Shown one piece after another: positions 22,929 to 24,000 of a DNA stretch of 24,000 nucleotides (within the stretch, counting starts at the first letter, position 1; every line of letters starts with the position of its first letter). The stretch is taken from contig DASVWH010000110.1 of assembly GCA_036389715.1 (NCBI GenBank), forward strand, positions 23,952 through 47,951. The letters are read 5' to 3'. Origin of the DNA: Pyrinomonadaceae bacterium (GTDB taxonomy: Bacteria > Acidobacteriota > Blastocatellia > Pyrinomonadales > Pyrinomonadaceae). The position numbers were made by a program, and so were the translations under genes. The notes under the pieces are model-generated. The model was given only the letters and a program-made list of their open reading frames with translations. It ran no database searches and was not told the origin of the DNA.

Positions 22929-23486
22929 ATGGAAGCACTCTCTTCGACACTGACCGTGCTGACGGCCATGATTACGCCCGCCGTGCTGATTTCGGCCTGC
23001 GGGACGATGATTCTCTCGACCTCGACGCGACTCGGGCGCGTCGTAGACCGCGTCCGCAACCTCTCCGACAGGCTCGAAGAGCTGGCCGAGGGCGAGCAGA
23101 TGAAGCTGCTCGAAGAGAGGCGCATAGTCATCTTCGAGCAGCTGGACAAGCTGACCAGCCGCGCGCGCATTCTCCAACGCGCGATGACCCTCTTTTACAC
23201 GGCGCTCGGCGTCTTCGTCTTTACCAGCGTGGCCATCGGCATCGTCGCCGTCTCGGGCTCGCGCTACAACTGGATTCCCATCATCTTCGCCCTGCTCGGC
23301 GCTTGCTGTCTCCTGTACGGCAGCATACTATTGATCTTCGAGGCACGACTGGCCCTCGGGACCATCCATTCGGAGATGGATTTCATCTGGCAGTTCAGCA
23401 AGCATTTCGTCCCCGCCGAGGTGGTCGAGCGTTACAAGCCGCACTCGGTCCATTTCAGACGCCATGAGCGAAAGCCGAAGCCCTGA
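22929..23486 (+). CDS. DUF2721 domain-containing membrane protein
   Basis: LTAMITPAVLISACGTMILSTSTRLGRVVDRVRNL, followed by a coiled segment and two C-terminal hydrophobic helices, is the pattern I recognise for DUF2721. Confidence 0.75.
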   Translation: MEALSSTLTVLTAMITPAVLISACGTMILSTSTRLGRVVDRVRNLSDRLEELAEGEQMKLLEERRIVIFEQLDKLTSRARILQRAMTLFYTALGVFVFTSVAIGIVAVSGSRYNWIPIIFALLGACCLLYGSILLIFEARLALGTIHSEMDFIWQFSKHFVPAEVVERYKPHSVHFRRHERKPKP

Positions 23487-24000
23487 GCCGGACATCACCG
23501 GCCCATCAGAAGAGCCCTCTTACCTGCGTTTGCACAGGACCGGCGAGCTTGTCCGCCGCGTCGAGGCGCTCGAAGCCCTCCTTGAGCGCTGCACGGTCTG
23601 CCCGCGCGATTGCCTGAACAATCGTCTCAGGGACGAGATCGCGGCCTGCTATTCGGGACGGCTGCCGATAGTCTCGTCCTACACGCCGCACTTCGGCGAA
23701 GAGCCTGCGCTGGTCGGCACGGGCGGCGCGGGCAACATCTTTTTCGGCAACTGCAACCTGCGCTGCGTCTACTGCCAGAACTACCAGATTTCACAGACGC
23801 ACAAAGAGCAGCTCAGGAACCAGGTAACGCACGAACGCCTGGCCGCGATGATGCTCGAACTGCAAGCGCGCGGCTGTCACAACATCAACTTCGTCTCGCC
23901 CACGCACTTCGCGCCGCAACTGGCGCGCGCCGTGCTGCTGGCCGCCGAAGAGGGTCTGCGGCTGCCCATCGTCTATAACACCAACGCTTACGACGCGGTC
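23464..24000 (+). CDS. Radical SAM protein, PflX-like (pyruvate formate-lyase activase homologue, COG1313-type), 3' end outside the window
   Basis: Missing from the ORF track because it is open-ended. My translation from the ATG at 23464 is MSESRSPEPDITGPSEEPSYLRLHRTGELVRRVEALEALLERCTVCPRDC...SSYTPHFGEEPALVGTGGAGNIFFGNCNLRCVYCQNYQISQ...CHNINFVSPTHF...VYNTNAYD. The frame stays open to base 24000. The start overlaps the DUF2721 stop by 23 nt. Confidence 0.85.
   Translation, partial: MSESRSPEPDITGPSEEPSYLRLHRTGELVRRVEALEALLERCTVCPRDCLNNRLRDEIAACYSGRLPIVSSYTPHFGEEPALVGTGGAGNIFFGNCNLRCVYCQNYQISQTHKEQLRNQVTHERLAAMMLELQARGCHNINFVSPTHFAPQLARAVLLAAEEGLRLPIVYNTNAYDAV

Noticed and set aside
1-24000. 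Search for Ku, tRNA/rRNA, integrase/transposase, toxin-antitoxin or known defence genes
   Set aside because: No ORF shows the relevant motifs, and no cloverleaf-like or rRNA-like sequence is evident in the intergenic regions. Absence is judged by eye only.

Overview
GC-rich bacterial chromosomal window. lpxA, lpxD and a PagL-like barrel show it is diderm. The gene content suggests Acidobacteriota, but I cannot verify that without a search. About 27 genes are dense on both strands, and I see no rRNA, tRNA, CRISPR array, transposase or integrase. Left to right: a partial outer-membrane protein, a gamma-carbonic-anhydrase-like hexapeptide protein and OsmC. Then an orphan response regulator, a lipoprotein, a hotdog thioesterase and a second orphan response regulator. 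Next is a DNA-repair neighbourhood on both strands: an acidic-tailed hypothetical, a small basic protein, a LigD-type phosphoesterase+polymerase protein without a ligase domain, and a family-4 uracil-DNA glycosylase, facing a divergent stand-alone ATP-dependent DNA ligase. No Ku is present. After that come three unrecognised proteins, a RibD-C/DHFR-family protein, an SLT-like secreted protein, and lpxD and lpxA. Divergent from lpxA is the most interesting block (15800-19850): a 658-aa radical SAM enzyme with the architecture of the archaeal tetraether synthase family (Tes/MJ0619), a small signal-anchored protein, a second compact radical SAM enzyme and a DUF962/Mpo1-like membrane protein. I read this as a candidate membrane-spanning-lipid module. 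The window ends with a signal-peptide-bearing peptidase T, a 391-aa extreme Gly/Ser/Lys/Arg low-complexity protein, a DUF2721 membrane protein and an overlapping PflX-like radical SAM gene that runs off the right edge. Non-coding points of note: AT-rich heptanucleotide tandem arrays (C-N-A-T-T-N-A read in gene orientation) upstream of three genes, including a perfect 21-bp inverted repeat between the glycosylase and ligase genes; two very strong bidirectional terminator hairpins; and several short tandem repeats. All family calls come from reading motifs, not from database searches.
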